NCBI RefSeq assembly: GCF_963921235.1
Contig: NC_086097.1
Coordinates: forward strand, 2,604,001-2,668,000
Reading direction: 5' to 3'
Origin: Mobula hypostoma
Lineage: Eukaryota
Length of the DNA: 64,000 bases
In this document: positions 62,955 through 64,000 of the stretch, in pieces
Layout of the letters: each line of letters opens with the position of its first letter
How positions within the stretch are numbered: position 1 is the first letter of the stretch
Made by a program: the position numbers and the translations under genes
Notes under the pieces: model-generated
The model's input: the letters and a program-made list of their open reading frames with translations, nothing else
What the model was told of the DNA's origin: nothing
The model's database searches: none

Positions 62955-64000
62955 CATATTATGCCTGTCCAAATGTTCATAAATCCTGTGTCTCAGGATC
63001 TTCTCCATCAACTTATCAACTACTGAAGTAAGACTCACTGGTCCATAATTTCCTGGGCTATCTCTACTCCTTGTATAAAGGAACAACATCTGCGACCGTC
63101 CAATACTCCAGATCATTGCCAGAGGCTCAGCAATCTCCTCCCTCGCCTCCCACAGTAGCCAGGGGTACATCTCATCCCGTCCCGGAGACTTATCTAACTT
63201 GATGTCTTTCCAAAAGCTCCAGCTCATCCTCTTTCTTAACGTCTATATGCTCAAGCTTTTCAATCTGCTGCAAGTCATCCGTACCATCGCCAAGATCCTT
63301 TTCCATAGTGAATAATGAAGCAAAGAATTCATTAAGTATCTCCTCCGGTTCCATACACACTTTTCCACTGTCACACTTGATTGGTCCTTTTCTTTCACAT
63401 CTTATCCTCTTGCTCTTCACCTACCTGTAGAATGTCTTGACATTTTCTTTAATCCTGTTCACCAAGGCCTTCTCATGGCCCTTTCTGGCTCTCCCAATTT
63501 CATTCTTAAGCTCCTTCCTGCTAGCCTTATAATCTTCTAGATCTCTATCATTACCTAGTTTTTTCTGAATCTTTCGTAAGCTTTTCTTTTCTCCTTGACT
63601 AGATTTTCAATAGCCTTTGTACACCACGGTTCCTGTACCCTACCATCCTTTCCGTCTCACTGGAACGTACCTATGCAAAATGCCAGGCAAATATCTCCTG
63701 AACATCTGCCACATTTCTGCTGTACATTTCCCTGAGAACATCTGCTCCCAATTTATGCTTCCAAGTTCCTGCCTGATAGCTTCATATTTCCCCTTACTCC
63801 AATTAAACATTTTCCTAACTTGTCTGTTCCTGTCCCCCTCCAATACTATGGTAAAGGAGATAGAATTGTGATCACCATCTCCAAAATGCTCTCCCACTGA
63901 GAGATCTGACACCTGACCAGGTTCATTTCCCAATACCAGATCAGGTACAGCTGCTCCTCTTGTCCACTTATCTACATATTGTGTCAAGAAATCTTCCTGA
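62955..64000 (-). mobile_element. CR1 LINE A, upstream ORF2 portion
   Basis: DKSPGRDEMYP, DLVLGNEPGQV and GDHNSI on the minus strand. Confidence 0.85.

Noticed and set aside
47227..64000. Further upstream BTBD7 exons
   Set aside because: I recognised no BTB/BACK-domain sequence; the region is almost entirely TE-derived, so the next exon probably lies beyond the window.

Overview
Eukaryotic vertebrate DNA, very probably a cartilaginous fish such as a ray (inferred from the CR1/HER1-type LINEs, HE1-like SINEs and shark/ray-type Penelope ends). Two convergent host genes can be read exon by exon with consistent GT-AG phases: the last five coding exons of UBR7 (+, 2194-21761) and the last five coding exons of BTBD7 (-, 47226-29893). 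This is the same tail-to-tail arrangement as in mammals. Most of the remaining sequence is decayed transposable elements: many CR1 LINEs, an L1, Rex1/Babar, a Hero-type RLE retrotransposon, Penelope-like ends, Tc1, Tigger/pogo, hAT elements and MITEs, and SINEs. The most notable signals are: (i) two minisatellites of 61 and 62 bp, each amplified from inside a retrotransposon coding region; (ii) Penelope-type minimal hammerhead ribozyme motifs, one within a ~210-bp inverted repeat in the likely BTBD7 3' UTR; (iii) reciprocal hAT/Tigger composite elements; (iv) a deep nest of TEs in a BTBD7 intron. I see no evidence of a prokaryote-style novel system. TE boundaries are approximate unless TIRs or TSDs are quoted.
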